A stretch of DNA of 35,993 nt from Geosiphon pyriformis uo1. Lineage: Eukaryota; Fungi; Glomeromycota. The notes under the pieces were generated by a model. That model worked only from the letters and a program-made list of their open reading frames with translations, ran no database searches and was not told the DNA's origin. How positions within the stretch are numbered: position 1 is the first letter of the stretch; every line of letters begins with the position of its first letter. The stretch covers positions 32,372 to 68,364 of the forward strand of contig JAAOMT010000791.1 of the NCBI GenBank assembly GCA_016748015.1, read 5' to 3'. This document shows positions 34,601 through 35,993 of the stretch, piece after piece. A program made the position numbers and the translations under genes.

Positions 34601-35880
34601 TAAAATTTGTTGTTTCAAGTTTTAGTTTTCTTTTATGTAGTATTTTTTTAATATAAAAATATTTATAAATTAGAAAGTATTCATTGTTTTATTTATTAAG
34701 ATACTGTTAGAATTTTTGTTAAATTGTAATATTTAGAAGAAATATTAATAGAAATAAATAATAAATTTTTTTTAAAGCTTGTTTTAAAAGTTCTAATAAG
34801 TAAACTTTAAAATAAAATTTTGTATTTTTTCTATAAAAATAATAATTTTGGATATTTACTACTAAAATTATAATAAATTTTATTTGAATATAATTAATTT
34901 GTTTTTTAGTAATTATTATAGATAATTTGAAAAATAATTTTAAATTTAACATTAATTTTAAAATATTTGTTGAATGTTTTAAAAAAAAATTATTAAAAAA
35001 AATTTTAAAGTATAAAAAAAAATTATTTTTTGTATATAAAATTTTTTTTTGTTGTTAAATTTTTATGTAACTTTAACTTGTTTTTATGTAATTGTTTTTG
35101 TTATTTTTAGATTATAAAAATAATTTAAAATAATTAAATTTTAATTGTTTAAGTTTAAAAATTGTTTAATAATAATTATTAATTTTAAGTTTTAAAAAAT
35201 ATTTTCAGAATTAATTAAGAGAAATTGTATATAATTTGTAAAATTAAAGATTCAGAATTGGTTTTTAAATAATAGTGTTTTATGTGTAACTTTCTTTAAA
35301 ACTTTATTATTAAGTCTTAATTTTATAATTTATTTTTTAAAATTTTATGTATATAAAATAATCTATTTTATTTATAATTAAATTTCTATTTTATTGTTTT
35401 TTAATTTTAGTTTTATATAAACAAACTTTGTTTTTAATTCTAAATTTGGTGGCTGATAACAGTTTGTTATTATATTATTCTTTTTGTTAAGCTTGAAAAT
35501 ATTCTATATAAATAGTTGTAATTTGTTGTTTTTTTTTAAATTACTAAATAATATGTAGATCTTTTGCTAAAATGTTTTTTGAAAGTTTTTTTCTGTAATT
35601 GGTTAAATTAAATAAGTTTTTACTGTAAAATTAATTGGTAATATTGCTGTTTTTTATAAGTTAAATATGTTTTATTGTATTTTATTTTAGTGTTTAATAT
35701 ATTAATAACACTAATATAATAAAAATATTCTATTTTTGCTTAAAATCAGTTAAGATTTTGGTTAATAATTTACAAAATATTCTGCTAAAACGTTTTATAA
35801 GTTTATTTGTTTGTAAATAATAAGATAATAATAAAAAGTTTTTGATATTAAATTGTTTATAAATTTTTTATATTAAGTTA
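31650..35880 (-). mobile_element. Element E: hypermutated B-family relic (integrase C-terminus, ORF3, PPT, 3' LTR from 34339), LTR split by a LINE-like insert
   Basis: The reverse complement aligns by eye to B 23420-25130 and to B LTR 16240-16540. Examples: QINYIQ...LLKQAL and IYKYF.I.K.L.KRKL.LE.TN. Most differences are G>A or C>T. Confidence 0.82.
31904..34194 (-). mobile_element. Degenerate LINE-like element with ORF1 only (RRM-like repeats plus CCHC relic; ORF ~34159-32035)
   Basis: RRM-like YMEFASQMSLEAA and YVIVYFKKLDSTVSTL. CFRY*EMDYLAADC reverts to CFRCQEMGHLAADC by four transitions. The 3' end is A-rich and the element interrupts the E LTR. Confidence 0.6.
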
Positions 35881-35993
35881 AATACAATGTTACTAAAAGT
35901 ATTTTGTCTTTTTTTTAATGTTATTAATACTGTTTTGCTATTAATTTTTTGTTAATAGAAGCTAGTAAACTTTTAATAAGCTAATTTATTTTC

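Overview
AT-rich eukaryotic DNA with short GT-AG introns and N gaps, probably fungal. The gene and repeat style suggests Glomeromycotina/Geosiphon-like, but that is an inference. The left 9 kb is a cluster of class-3 lipase-fold genes: one complete 4-exon gene, one 5'-incomplete gene, a duplicated exon and a truncated remnant. Both readable nucleophile elbows lack the canonical GxSxG serine. The right 27 kb is a nest of six retroelements. Ty3/Gypsy element B (+, 16077-26029, TSD CCAG, carries a dUTPase) sits in the gag zinc knuckle of element A (-, 10445-28142, TSD CTAC). A in turn sits in the gag zinc knuckle of element C (-). C also holds solo LTR D (TSD CCAT) and abuts E, a heavily C>T/G>A-eroded B-family relic whose LTR is split by an ORF1-only LINE-like element. 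The best candidate novelty is a complex-retrovirus-like layout shared by families A, B and E: a non-env ~220-235 aa ORF3 after integrase that reads through the PPT into the 3' LTR. Families A, B and C also carry family-specific palindromic tandem arrays in their LTRs.
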